DNA of 64,000 bases, from assembly GCA_044892525.1 (NCBI GenBank), contig CM097885.1:14758001-14822000 (forward strand), in the 5' to 3' direction. Source of the stretch: Schmidtea polychroa. Taxonomy: Eukaryota. Within the stretch, counting starts at the first letter, position 1. Each line of letters begins with the position of its first letter. Both the position numbers and the translations under genes were made by a program. This document shows positions 51,527 through 64,000 of this stretch, in pieces. The notes under the pieces are model-generated. The model was not told where the DNA came from. It did no database searches and saw only the letters and a program-made list of their open reading frames with translations.

Positions 51527-54500
51527 TCTTAGATAAACATACTATTAAATCGTTTTCCAATTACTTTTGTATGTTTCACGAAACTCAACAAACATCAATA
51601 ACATGATGAAAGTTAAGCTTAAATATTAGCGAAAAAATTAATAATTATCACATTTAATTACTTGTGGATATTTCCTGAATAGGTTTTGTAAAAATAAATT
51701 AAAGATTTAAATTGCAACATTATTTAAACAAATTATTTATTACGCATTTTGAATGCACAGGCCCAAGACTCCGGGATTATGTAATAACAACTTTGGTTTT
51801 TTTCTCTTAGTTTTCCGATAGTAATCAGTCAAAAAAATTTGTGAAATTTGAATTTATTGATTTATTGACATCTTAAAACAAAATTAAATTGAAAAAATCG
51901 ATCAACGATTAACCACATTAAAGATTTGGATCATGTGCAAAAATCAATAACATTTCCTATTGTATGCACGTGCAATTTTAAAAATGACAATTTAATTTCA
52001 ATATTTTATTTAAAAATTTTTTCAAAAATACTTAAAACTCGTCATTACAATTTTCAAAAATTATCTTATAAATAAAATCTAAAAATGAAATAATCAATAT
52101 ATTTTTAGAAAATAGCTTTTTTATAATGAATTTTACGATATTCATGTAATTTCTAATGTAGCGTCCTATTTCTCTTTTTAAAGTTAAATATAAGGAATGC
52201 GAAGGCATGAAAATTAGTTTATTTAGAAAACAACTAGATTAAAGATATTTTTAATTACAATCTAATAACGAGACAAAACAACAATTTTATAGTTAATTCT
52301 TAGATGAGACTAAAATAGAATGATTTTCAAATTAAAAATAAATAAATATTAATTAATGCAGTTACTATATCAATGGAATAAGTCATTTATAAATTGAAAA
52401 ACCAACTGAAACTGTAAATCAGTCTATATAATGAAATAATAGGAGTATAATAATTGAATAGTTTCGTAAAATGTCACCCATTTCTGGAATGAAATAACAA
52501 TTCAACTAAACGTCAATCTTATTTAATGGGGCGGGCGTAATCTTTAAACAATTTTGAAGAAACTTGTAAATACGGAATATAATATAATATTAATTTGTAA
52601 AAATATAATACAAATAAATAAATAAGTTTGTCATTTCTCTCTCTCTAATTACATCTTCCTTTGCTTTTTATTTATTTTTTACTTGATATATTTTAGATCG
52701 AAATATTTCATTTAATAAACACTAAGAAAATGAGTGGCTTATCTATTTATTTTTATTTGTTAAAATAATTATATTATCGAGAAGTTATTTTATAATTTAT
52801 AATAATTTGCTTTGATATTTAAATAGCAAAACACTTTTAAAGATTAAAAATATGATAGAACCGTAAAAATGAAAGTTTTATGAATTCTGTTTATACTAAT
52901 ATTTTTTTCAAAATATAATAGTGATTTCAACAATTAGCAAAATAATACGCATGCAATAAAATTACATATAAATTTTACTAGTTATGATTCTCAATGATAG
53001 TGTTAAAACTTAACAATACATCTATTTTCTCTATTTGTCATTGTAAAATGTTTTCGTCAAAATAGTGAATGTCATGGTTATTATTGTTAGGGCGATGTTA
53101 AAAATAGTTAAATATTGTTTATTTTTATTGAAACATGTGTTCGACTTTCAGATTTTTTTAATTACAGCAATTGAAATTACTATTGATATATGATATTTAT
53201 TATTGATATATCTACATATTGATTTATAAATTTATAATTAATTTTTAATTGATTTATAATTGATTTATAAAAAATAATTTTAAAATATTTAAATTAGTTC
53301 ATATATCATTTTTAATAATTTGCTAGAATTACGTTTTCCATATTATCTCAATATTTTAATCGTACAGAAATTGTTATTTGTGTAAAAATATCTATACATT
53401 CTTTATAATTTAATTTTTTATAAGTGAAATTTAAAACCAAGCCAACTTTATTTATATTTACTGCCCAGTGGGGATTTCTTAATTATAAAAAATACACATG
53501 TTTGGTAATGCTTAATTATTAAAATATGTAGTGTAATCTAATTCGTTATGCAACAACTTAGCAGTTCATGTGCGACAATAATTTGCATATTTCTTCGGTA
53601 TGACTGGTTATCCGCGTCGAAGGTTGGCACAATAAGTTTAATCGTCTCACAAAAAACCCTATCTCAATATTTAGATTTTTATTAATTCAACAAGGAAGAG
53701 GGATCAGTCTAAATAGCGAGAAACCAAATTTATACTGGAAATATTTATAGGAGTCTAAGTATAAGCAAATAACTGCAAGAATATGTATCATCCAGGAGAG
53801 ATTTCGTAATGGAAGCATCAATATTGTCAATTTTATTACAAGTGTATGTCTGTTAATTTAGCTTTTAATACAAGTTAAACTTAATTTAATAATTTATTTA
53901 TTAGTTGGTTTTATATGTTTTCTAAATATTTATTTTATGTCAAATTACAATTTTAATGAACCTTTACCGTCGGTTATTCTATATTTCGCCTATTTGTCAT
54001 TAAATTATTTCAAATCTTTTTTTTCATTCAATTTCATAACCGATTGATCTCAACGAAAGGTTAATTGCAATGTAGAAAAGTTTATAATAATTCCCAAATA
54101 ACTTGTATCGACATAAATTTGAAATCGTGTTTTTCCTTTAAATTAACTTATTATTGATAAAATGCATTAGAAGCATATTTTGGTGTAGGAAAGGCGTAGA
54201 ATTGTAATTATGAGTCGCTCTCTTGCTTATCCATTCGAAACGGTTCTATATCGATAATTTTTTGATTTTTTTATTTAATTAAATACAATAAAATCAACTA
54301 TTTTTGGTTAAGAACAATATTTAATAAATATTATAAAAAAGATTCCTCATTGAGACAAATTTTGAAATTACATCCGTTTCCTATTATCTATGAATTTATT
54401 TTTAATTAAAGGAAACTGAAATATAGTTTAAAAATAAATAACAAATAGTATTTAGTATTTTACCAACAAATCTTTTTATTATATATTTTTTGTAAATATT

Positions 54501-54639
54501 AAAAAAGGGTAACCCACAAGAAGAAATCGAACTCAGTCGTTTTTTCGATATCAACCGATTTGGAAAATGTTGTTTCAAAATTTCAATTATTACTCTAGCT
54601 GTATGAGCAGCTCATTTGCTAATAAGTTTCAGGATGAAA

Positions 54640-54970
54640 GATTTTTCGCCAGTAACAGATGAATAAATAAATTGGTATATTTATTTATAAAGAAATTTAA
54701 AAAATTAAACATTTTTAGTCCAAATAGGATTGGTTTATCGAGGTACTTCGCGAAAAATAACATCCAATAACTCAATGAAGTGGAAAAGAAAAAAAGAAAG
54801 AATTACTGTCGCCTTAACCTGTAATTCAGGAAATTCCTATTGTCGGCAAATCAAGAATCTTCAATTTTTTAACAATTTCTGTTGCAGAGACCTTTGCAAT
54901 ATAATTTTAATGCCAATTCATGATTTTGTTTTTAAATTGGATAATGAAATGGTTATCGAGAAATAATTGA
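54640..54970 (+). mobile_element. Tigger/pogo transposase relic
   Basis: KKERITVALTCNSG motif. Heavily decayed; boundaries approximate. Confidence 0.55.
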
Positions 54971-54999
54971 TTGTTCAGGATTTTTTATTTACCATTTAA

Positions 55000-55213
55000 C
55001 CCTTCGGAGTCTATCGAGACATATGTGCCTTACTCATGTATTATATGCGCCTAATGGTAAGAATAGATACCTTTTCCATTATACACAAATATGCTAAAAT
55101 TTCAAATGGGACAGATGTCCCGGCTCTTAGTGTAAAAAGGGCGTACCCTACAAACATAAAATCTGACGTTAGATATAATACAAGTAAACGAAAAATAAAT
55201 CAGACTCCAAGGG
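55000..55213. mobile_element. piggyBac-type MITE
   Basis: TTAA|CCCTTCGGAGTCT...AGACTCCAAGGG; the right TSD is degenerate. Confidence 0.65.
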
Positions 55214-55289
55214 CCTAATAAAATCCATTATAGAAAATATCGAATGAGATCTGATGTTAATTTAATAAACAAAAGCATAAAAAATTGGG

Positions 55290-55904
55290 AATACAAGCTT
55301 GGAGAGTAAGTCAGGAAGAGGTCAATTATCGGATTTAGACAACCAGGTGTTTCTAGTTGCTATGGAAGGAAGTTTGACCATCAAGATACTAGACGAGGAC
55401 TTCAACTAGTCAATGATCGCCGTCACCTCAAAATACTCGGCAAGATGTTGAAATTATCCGGATGTGTCCCACATGAGCTAACCCAATGTGAATTTTCGCC
55501 AATTTGCTCTAGTGAAATGAATAAAATCCTTTCTTCAACGGCTACTGATACTGGTGGAATGACAATAGTGAGTGTCAAGAGTAATGAATGCCGTTTAACC
55601 TCCACAACTATGTTTAAATACCTCAGATTGATCGCCTCTATAACCCCATTCAAGTCAAAAGAATGTGCAAAAAATAGACTTATTTCTACCGAAACCCACA
55701 CTGAAAAATCGGCAAGTAAACAAAGTCTAAGAGGACTTGAATAAATTGCGGTTGAAATCAAAGCAAATGCACAGCACAAATTGAAATTAAATAGTGATTA
55801 AGTTTCAGAATGATCATTGTAATATGTTTTGAGTGTATTTTCGAATTTTATTTTTCAATAAAAATTGTCTTTAAAAAGACCGATAATTATTTACCATCCT
55901 AACA
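55290..55904 (+). mobile_element. mariner transposase relic
   Basis: RHLKILGKMLKLSGCVPHELT (WVPHEL motif) and a mariner-like right end ...ATTATTTACCATCCTAA. Confidence 0.7.
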
Positions 55905-55959
55905 CTACCAATTTATAAACAGATATATTTCTCGAAGCTTGTTCTAACACAGTAATATA

Positions 55960-56300
55960 GCTCTAAGAGATTGTCATTACACAACGCCCTTTTCCCTGCG
56001 TAATACTATTCTAACAGATGGCAAAATATTTTCAGATAAATGCTGATCAACACCATATCAATGGCACCCATCATTTCATTGTAATCTAACATCTTGTGGT
56101 GTTTTTTGTATCTTTCTCGATGTTGTACCTATGTAATCATTGTATTATGAATATATGGTTTTGTTTGCAATATCCATTAAATCGGCCGACTCGGAAGATG
56201 TATAAAAGCTATCATTAGTAATACATCAAACTTAATCTAAGTGTCGTTGGATGAATCCCATTATCCCTTATGATTATTACCTTGTTCAAATCAAGGCAGT
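55960..56300 (-). mobile_element. piggyBac transposase relic
   Basis: The minus strand reads MLDYNEMMGAIDM (YNxxMGGVD motif). Confidence 0.5.
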
Positions 56301-57128
56301 TTACGATTAGAACATTTTTAAGAATTACTCAACGAAATAGGATAAATTATGCATCATTCAATAGAGAATAGTCGATTTTCAGATAACTTTGGAATAAAAA
56401 TGGAATGTTATCGATTAAAATTGAAAGTTAATCAAAAATTTAAATTTTAAAATAACTTAATATAAAATATATTAAGAAAATTGAATTAATTTAATTTAAT
56501 AAATAAATCGATTGAAATAAAAATGTAATATTGTCTATTAAAATTTAAAATTATAGTTAAATTTTCCATATATATATACAATAAAATTATATGCTTACTT
56601 TAAAATGTGTAACTGGATGCTCATAGGATGACAATTTATATATTAGGGTGATTATAAATATAGATTTTGATCATTTCATTTATATTTAATATAAAACAAG
56701 TGAAATAGACATTTTTTAAATACTTTTAATATAACTAATTGCATGGAGTGACAGGAAATGGATAAAAAAGGGTCAAAATCACGGATGTCATATATGGAAA
56801 AGATATTTAGCTCGCCATTTAAAGTTTATTATATAAAATTATGCAATTTAGAATAAAAATAAATTGTATAATATAATTACCGCTTCAATATATACTCCCA
56901 TCTTGCCAATAAATAAAACAAATCAATAGCTCTTTAACGGAGGGGGGTAATGTATAAAAACTTTAGCAATCAAAAATCCAGCATCAAAAATGGAAAATTT
57001 AATATTGATTATCATAAAAATTGCATTCGACAAAAAATTTCATAATTAATTAATTAAATTTAAAATATTTATTAATTACATTTCAAAATGTTGTTAATGA
57101 CTGACAATATTCACTAACCTTTATAAAC

Positions 57129-57637
57129 CGACATGTTTTGAATATGTTTTTGTGGACTCGATGATAATTTTTTATTATCTGAGTGATTTAAATTAAATAA
57201 ATGAGAATTTTGTGAAATAGAATTTGGATTCTGATGGCTTATATTAGCGAAATCATGAGAGAGTCGAGGTCGTTTATTTGGTGGCTGTGAAAGCAATTGT
57301 AATCGTTTACTTGCTTGAAACATTCCTGGCTGGTTAATATGCTGAGCGTTGAGGGAATAATTACCGGTATTGACGCGATTAGATACATCTGAACTTAATT
57401 TACTGCACGATTGATGCATTTGACTATTTTGCAGAGACTCGTTTTTCGACACATTTAGAACATTAGCTTGTCTTGATTGCTGAAGAGGATTGTTTAATAA
57501 TAAATGTGGTTGATTATGGCTATAGTTTTGATGTTTAAATTGATTAGACAACATTGAATTTGGTGACATGGAAATGTTTCTGGCTTGAAAAGGATTACCT
57601 TCTGTCATATATCGGTAGTTTAACAATTCATCAGTAC
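57129..57637 (-). CDS. ncor: NCoR/SMRT coding exon 2 (N/Q/S-rich, basic motif PNKRPRL)
   Basis: Acceptor TTTTAG|GT. The 3' end is uncertain: the phase-0 donor TCG|GTTTAT (57129) joins exon 3 in frame, whereas the stronger-looking AAG|GTTAGT (57119) would not. Confidence 0.7.
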
Positions 57638-57691
57638 CTAAAATTGTTAATTCTATATTATACATGTAATACATGTAAATACACACAATAC

Positions 57692-57971
57692 CTTTTTCAC
57701 GATTACATTGACCTGGCAAATGACTTGTAAAATTTCCATGTGTGCCAGATAAATTTGGATTTATATTTCGTACAAAAGCACCATTTAATGTATTATTTAT
57801 GTCATTCTGTGTAGATCGATTTACAGATCCCATAGATGACGGGTGAAAAGCAGAAGTATATGCGCCATTATTAATTTGTTGATTTTCAGCAGAAAAGTTA
57901 ATTAAAGAATTTCCATTGTTTTGTCTTATATTAGAATTAGATTTATCATTAGTTGAATAAATTCCACCCAT
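57692..57971 (-). CDS. ncor: NCoR/SMRT coding exon 1 (MGGIYSTN...NREK)
   Basis: ATG at 57971 in a 285-aa ORF; donor AAG|GTATTG, then a 54-nt intron ending TTTTAG. Confidence 0.7.
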
Positions 57972-58589
57972 AATAAAAAATTAAAAATTCATGATATTTA
58001 CGTATCAGTAAAATTTATTAAAACAAAATCCAATATTATTAAAACCTAACTAATATTTAATTTTGTAAAAATAATTAAAATTAATTCAATTATTTCATAA
58101 ATTTAAGATAATTTATTTTGAAAGGTTTTTAATTTAAAATATAAATGAGTGAATGCTAATATATTGTTATTTTGATTTTTGAAATGTAACACGTAAGTAA
58201 AAAAACAAGAAATCGATTAGTACACATGGGATAATTAAATTAGTACTTCAAGCAAATGTATTTTTTTAAGAGTGCTAATATTTTGGATTCTTCATTTACG
58301 ATGCTGCTATGGTTGTAATGTTCAATGGAATTGATACACTAAATGATTTTGATTTAACCAGCATTGTATTTGTGACTGTTTAACTTTAACACCAAGTTGG
58401 TACTGTGTAACGTGATTGAGAACTAGTGAGTAAATGAACTTCTTTACAAAAATTAATCCTCTCTAATTCTCTTTTTCTGATTACTGACTTTTGAATTATG
58501 GATATATATCCGAGGTAATTTAAATTCTAATGTATTTTAGCTTAATTTAATTTTTTTTATTGATGGTTAAGCCAAAGGCTGCTTGAATA

Positions 58590-61056
58590 TATAAGTGGGC
58601 AGTACAGCGTGACGAAAGTTCGCTTAAAAATCAAGGAAAAATCCGGCAAAGGACAAGATGATTCAATGAAAGGGCTTTCTAATGTCTAAAGATCAGAGGT
58701 CTCAGATCATCGAAAATAGACACCGATCATGCCAGGACATGCTCCTACTGATCATCAGACGATATGATGGAAGAGGTTTAAAAGAAGTAGAAAAATGATC
58801 AGGGATATAGAAGAATGGCTGCTGACAAATGGACAGCGATTGACAAGCACTTTCGATATGTTATTGGTCGAAGAAGCAAAGACATTGTGGGGAAACGTTA
58901 GAGAAACAGAAATAACAGATGTAACCACACCTGATCAGTTAGTTCTTTAGTCAAGTTAAAGTTCGTTTACCATTGAAAATAATTTATATGATCTACAAAT
59001 AGATGGACTTATGCAATTTCGTCAATCGATTTAGGCCAGGTGTATTATCAAGTGGAGTTGACTCCAGAAATTCAATAAATGACTGCATTCAGTACAAGAG
59101 AAGGACAATATTGCTTCAATAGACTACTGCTTGACTTAGCAACAGGCTCTGTGACATTCCAGAGACTGATGCACACAGAGCTAGAAGGAATGCTATTCAA
59201 GGGAGTAGTAGTTTATCTAGATGATATCTTGATATATGGAAAAAGTCAAAAAGACCACGATGAACTATTAATGGAAGTATTCAGAAAAATTCAAGTGGCA
59301 GGACTGAAGATAAATCCAAAAAGATGCAAATTCAATAAAACAGAATTGTTTTTCCTTGGTCACACAGTTAATGAGAAGGGTATTCAGACAAACAGAAAGA
59401 AAGTGGAAGAGATCGAAAAAGCAGAAGTTTCAAAATGTTCAAAACAATTGATATCGTTTCTCGGACTAACAAACTACTTGAGAAGATTCATCAAAGACTA
59501 TGCCAAAATCGCCGAACTATTATACGCTGCAACATTAGCCGAAAATGCAAGAAACAATCCAACTCTGTTTACGATGTTGTGAGATCTGCGCTAAGAGAAA
59601 AATCGATCAGACAAGAACCAAGGAAACATTTATTCCTAGATATAGCTCTGAATTCCTAGAACAGATTGTTATAGATGTGGCTTACATGAAAATAAACGCC
59701 ATAAAAAATAAATGGTAGTAATGATGAACCGGTTTAGCAAACTGATTTCTTTAACTGCAATCACAAAGCAAGACTAAGGGAAAATTTTCAAAACGATACT
59801 TAATAGTTGGATCAATCGATTTGGAAAACCGAAGAGCATTTTAACAGATAGAGGCCGCAATTTCGAAGGGAATTTCATAAAACAGAAGCTACAGAAACTT
59901 GGAATCAAACAGGAATTCAGCCCACCTTACCAGCACCAATCAAATGGTTTAGCCGAACGAGCCATACGAACGATAATAGATCTTATTACAGCAACATTGG
60001 CAGGTGGATGTGAAGAGATTAACTGGCACGAACTTCTACCTAGAATAGAGTTTACTATAAATAGCAGTCGACAAAGTGCTACAGGTTTATTACCATTTGA
60101 GATAATTTATGGACTAGGACTCTAACCTGAAGCAAGCCGAGATATCAAGAAGCGAAAGAATGGAATACGCGACATTTAACTCGAGTAAAGCCGCAGACAC
60201 TATGAGAGATAAAGAGGGGCACTCGTGTTTTCGAGGTGGGGGAGGAGGTACTCGTACGTAAAGAGCCGCAGAACAGGCACAAGGATGGTATGCAATACGA
60301 TGGCCCATATAAAATCTTCAGATTTCTATCACCTCATTGAGTCGAACTACATTCACAAGAAGGAACGAAAGAAAGAAGAATCGAGTGGTTGAAGAAGTGG
60401 AAAAAGTCTTAAGCAGAGGAAAGTTAGATATCTGAAGTTGTTTTAATAATTGAGCTTCCGCGTTTTTGTGAAAAATTAAATACTTGTAATTTAATAATTT
60501 TATGTCAGATATAAAGATGGATTTAAAGTTGGATTTAACTATATAATCCTTTTTATATTTATATTACGCTAACATTTCAATTCAAGTAACTTATCCTACA
60601 ATTATTTTAAGTTATTCTTATATTTATTTTTAATTAAATTCGGGATTTTATAGCCACTATCATTCTTATATTTAGATTTTTTAAATTTAATTATTCTCGG
60701 TTGTTTTAATCAATCGATTCGTTAAACTACGTTTATATTTATATTTATGTTTTTATCCACGTAATGGATATGAAATATATTAATTAATTTGATTTTTTTT
60801 TGTTATGCACTTTAGATTCTTAAAGGAGATATTATTTTGCATTGCTGTACTAAACAGTCTTGTCAGCGAGGGCGAGTCACTGGTTTCTGACTTTAATGTT
60901 TGGTTTCCTAAGTCGCTTTCACTGGTCAAGGCTGATTGAAACGACACGATCATCATGCTTCCACACCTGATCAGTTAGTTCTTTAGTCAAGTTAAAGTTC
61001 GTTTACCATTGAAAATAATTTATATGATCTACAAATAGATGGACTTATGCAATTTC
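58590..61056 (+). mobile_element. Gypsy/Ty3 LTR retrotransposon, internally deleted and decayed
   Basis: gag-like start at 58796-58924; RT at 59020-59580 (SIDL, TAFST, YLDDILIYG, FLGH, FLGLTNY); integrase at 59660-60410 (TDRGRNF, HQSNGLAERAIRT, GPY); purine tract near 60412-60423 followed by LTR-like sequence. Outer boundaries approximate. Confidence 0.92.
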
Positions 61057-64000
61057 AAAATAAACTTAGTCGTAAAAGCTATAGAACAAGTGTGCTCAGC
61101 CAGTTGATCTTCATTCACTGGTTGATCGTAAGAGCGATTTGAGTCTATCCTCCCATTAAATATTTATAAAAATTACTAAAAAAACAATCAATTTAAATTA
61201 AAAAACAGTTTATACAAAAATTAAAATATATGCATCTTGTAAAATTTGAAAATGTCATTTTACTACATTAGACTTTCATGGGATGCAGAGACTGTATTAT
61301 AAACGTAATCTAAAAACATAAGGTCTATTGCTATTCGCTAAGAATTTAAAAAGTAGCTCCTAGTCTTATTTAAGTTGAACACACATGATATATAATGAAT
61401 AAAGTATCTCACCATTTTAATATCGCATACAGTGAATTTATTATGCGAAGCACCAGAGAAAAACGAAATATGTACCTTGTGGCGTATCTCAGTTGACATT
61501 TGTATCGGCGGTTGTATACTCAAAGTTTTAGAATCAAAATAGGAGGTGAAATTCTGACTAGTAATAAAATGCAGTGAAGACAAGGTTAATAATAAATACA
61601 ATAATAGTGATAGAATTATCACTCTAGTATGTATAGTGAGACCTTACATAGTGCACTAGATAATACTAATATGATAGCCAAAGATAACGAAATGATTAGA
61701 CTGGTAATGGTAACAATAATAATAAAAGTACTAAATATAATTAATTATGAGTACTAAATATAATTCGAGTTGAAATTCGGAACTTGTCAAGGGGTGGCTA
61801 TGTATACTGGGGTTGGGTTTGACTTTGTAATTTGTATCTTACGATGGCATTAGAAATTTTGGGCAGGGCCCCTCCATTAATTTTAGTTAAGTGAATTTGA
61901 TTATTTCAGACATTAACATTCTAAAATTACTCAATTGAATAATTATTATGATTTGTGTAATTTTAAGTCCATAAAGTTTATCTGTTTGTTTCCCTCAGCC
62001 CACCGAACGTTTGAGAAACGAACTCCTAGTGTCATATATATGGTTGTAGATTTGGTGTTAAGTTAAGTATGTAGTCTAAATGCATTATAGGTCAATAATT
62101 ATTCAAGTTGTTCATCGCACCGGCCCACTGGATACGGTACGGCGAACCCTTAGTGTTATATGGGGACCTTACAGCCACAACCGAACTAAAAGGTCGTTGT
62201 AGTCTCGTTCAATTTTACTTATATTTACATATTTACACCATACGTAGACAATGTACATAAGGTTCATTATCTACATCAGCCACCATAAAGTACCCGATAT
62301 GCAGACTGGTAAAACTACTTCGCATACACGGCGCAGTACAACCATCCCTACTGATTGATAATCATTTTAATTACTTGTTAGCTCTCTCTGTGCCCGAAAA
62401 GAAGAAATTTAGAGTTGGAAACAATTTCGCTTGTTCAAAAGAATTGAAAAACAAACGACGATTATGCACAACCTTATATTCTCATAATAAACTTGTGACC
62501 AAAAATCACTGGAAAATATACAATAATTCGGGTGTGTGAGTATGTGCACGTTGAGTAAAACAAATTTGAATTATTTTAATTCTTTTTAATTTTGAATTTC
62601 AATTTTTATCAATTTTGATGGCGATTTCTGGTAAATTATGATTAATTTAATTTTCTGAATTTTATATTTCATTTATTTTTATTGGGTTATTGAGTTGGTG
62701 ACAAAATTAAAATTCTTTATTTGGTTCCAAACGTGTCTTTGACTGATACACAAATAACACTTGACAAGGATACCATAATACTTCGAATTATATCAGAAGT
62801 CTCATAAATAATCCTTTAGTGAGCAATGATGAACAGACCAAAATTGATGAAAGTTTAGTTAGGAAAATGCTGAATAACTCCTATAAATTTCAGACCAAGA
62901 TTAAAAAAAAATTCAAAAACTAAGATTATTCAAAAATCAGAATAAAACAAGAAATTAAAGAGATTCAAAAAATTCAAATTATAAAAGTAAGAATTTTAAT
63001 GCAATTATATTCATCCTAAATTGAGGAGAAAAATATTAATAACTATAAAAACGAATTATAAGAACTTTTTTTTTAATTTCACCACTTAAAATGACAGTGC
63101 CGAAAATTCGTGAATATCAAAAACATCGATATATTTACTGATCCATAGTCAAGATTTTTAATAAAAACAAAGAAAATTTAAATGAAACTCAAGGAAAAGA
63201 TTGTTTTTTGAAAAAAAAATAATTTTTAGAAATATAAAAAAGATAATTCTACAAAATCGGATAAGATTTTTAAAAATAAGAAATCATTAAAAAATGTTAA
63301 TAATAAAAAAGATTTTATTGTTAAAAATACTTTTAAAAATGTAGAAGTAGAAATTGATAAAAACGAAACCAGAAATTTAAAATTTTAGAATACGATATAA
63401 AATTTATAATGATGAAGATATAAAAATATTTAAGATATTTAAAATATTTAAAAGGTAAAAACTTTAAAAATTCAGTTTTTATTAAAAAAATTGAAATTTT
63501 AATATTGATATTAAAAATATTTTTAATCAAAATATTGATTTAAATATTAAAAATGAAAGGAAATTTTTATTTTAAAATTCAGAGGAAGATCCGATCATTA
63601 TCAAAGAGAGAAATGAAAATAAGAAATTAAATATTGAAAAATTTAATAGTAATGAAATTAATTTAAAAAATTGAGATGAAATTTTAAATTTTAAACAGCA
63701 AAATAGATAAAATTGTTTAAATATTTTTAATATAAATCAGAAATACCAAACAAGAAAGATATTAGATTGACATTCAGGATATCAGCAGCCACAGAGTTTT
63801 GATAGGTGAGAACTCGGTAATCGGTAGAGAAGATTGTGTACAAAACGATATTAAAAAGCAAAAAAAAATTCAGAAATTCTCCGATTAATTATCAGAAAGT
63901 TCAATATATTTATTACTGTAATGTTATATTAGGAAGCTAGAAATTGATGCAAATGAAGCTATTCATGAAAGAAATGATCAAACTGTCCCAGATAAGAATA

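Noticed and set aside
62690..64000. Possible divergent plus-strand gene with coding-like patches and splice-like signals
   Set aside because: Frames are short and interrupted, and I could not build a consistent exon chain or recognise a domain.

Overview
Very AT-rich animal genomic DNA. The mix of 45-57 nt and multi-kb introns and the transposon families suggest a planarian-type flatworm (inference only). About 58 kb of the window is one minus-strand gene encoding a nuclear receptor co-repressor (NCoR/SMRT family). I reconstructed it by hand as 17 phase-consistent GT-AG exons (ATG 57971 to TAA 298, about 1306 aa), with the N-terminal conserved region, one DAD/SANT domain and CoRNR-box-like motifs. 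Its long introns carry many DNA transposons (pogo/Tigger, hAT, piggyBac, Tc1/mariner), a Penelope relic and a probable GCN1 gene fragment, and a deleted Gypsy element lies upstream. The most striking object is a 6.7-kb Polinton/Maverick-like element without intact core genes (27790-34480; AGTAGT...ACTACT ends, perfect 6-bp TSD ATTGAA) nested in a Tc1/mariner transposase. It has repeat-built TIRs rich in bZIP sites, three dispersed copies of a conserved ~80-bp module, and a GC-rich, heavily self-complementary ~215-nt segment that is a candidate element-encoded structured RNA. All protein-family calls come from motif recognition by eye, not from database searches.
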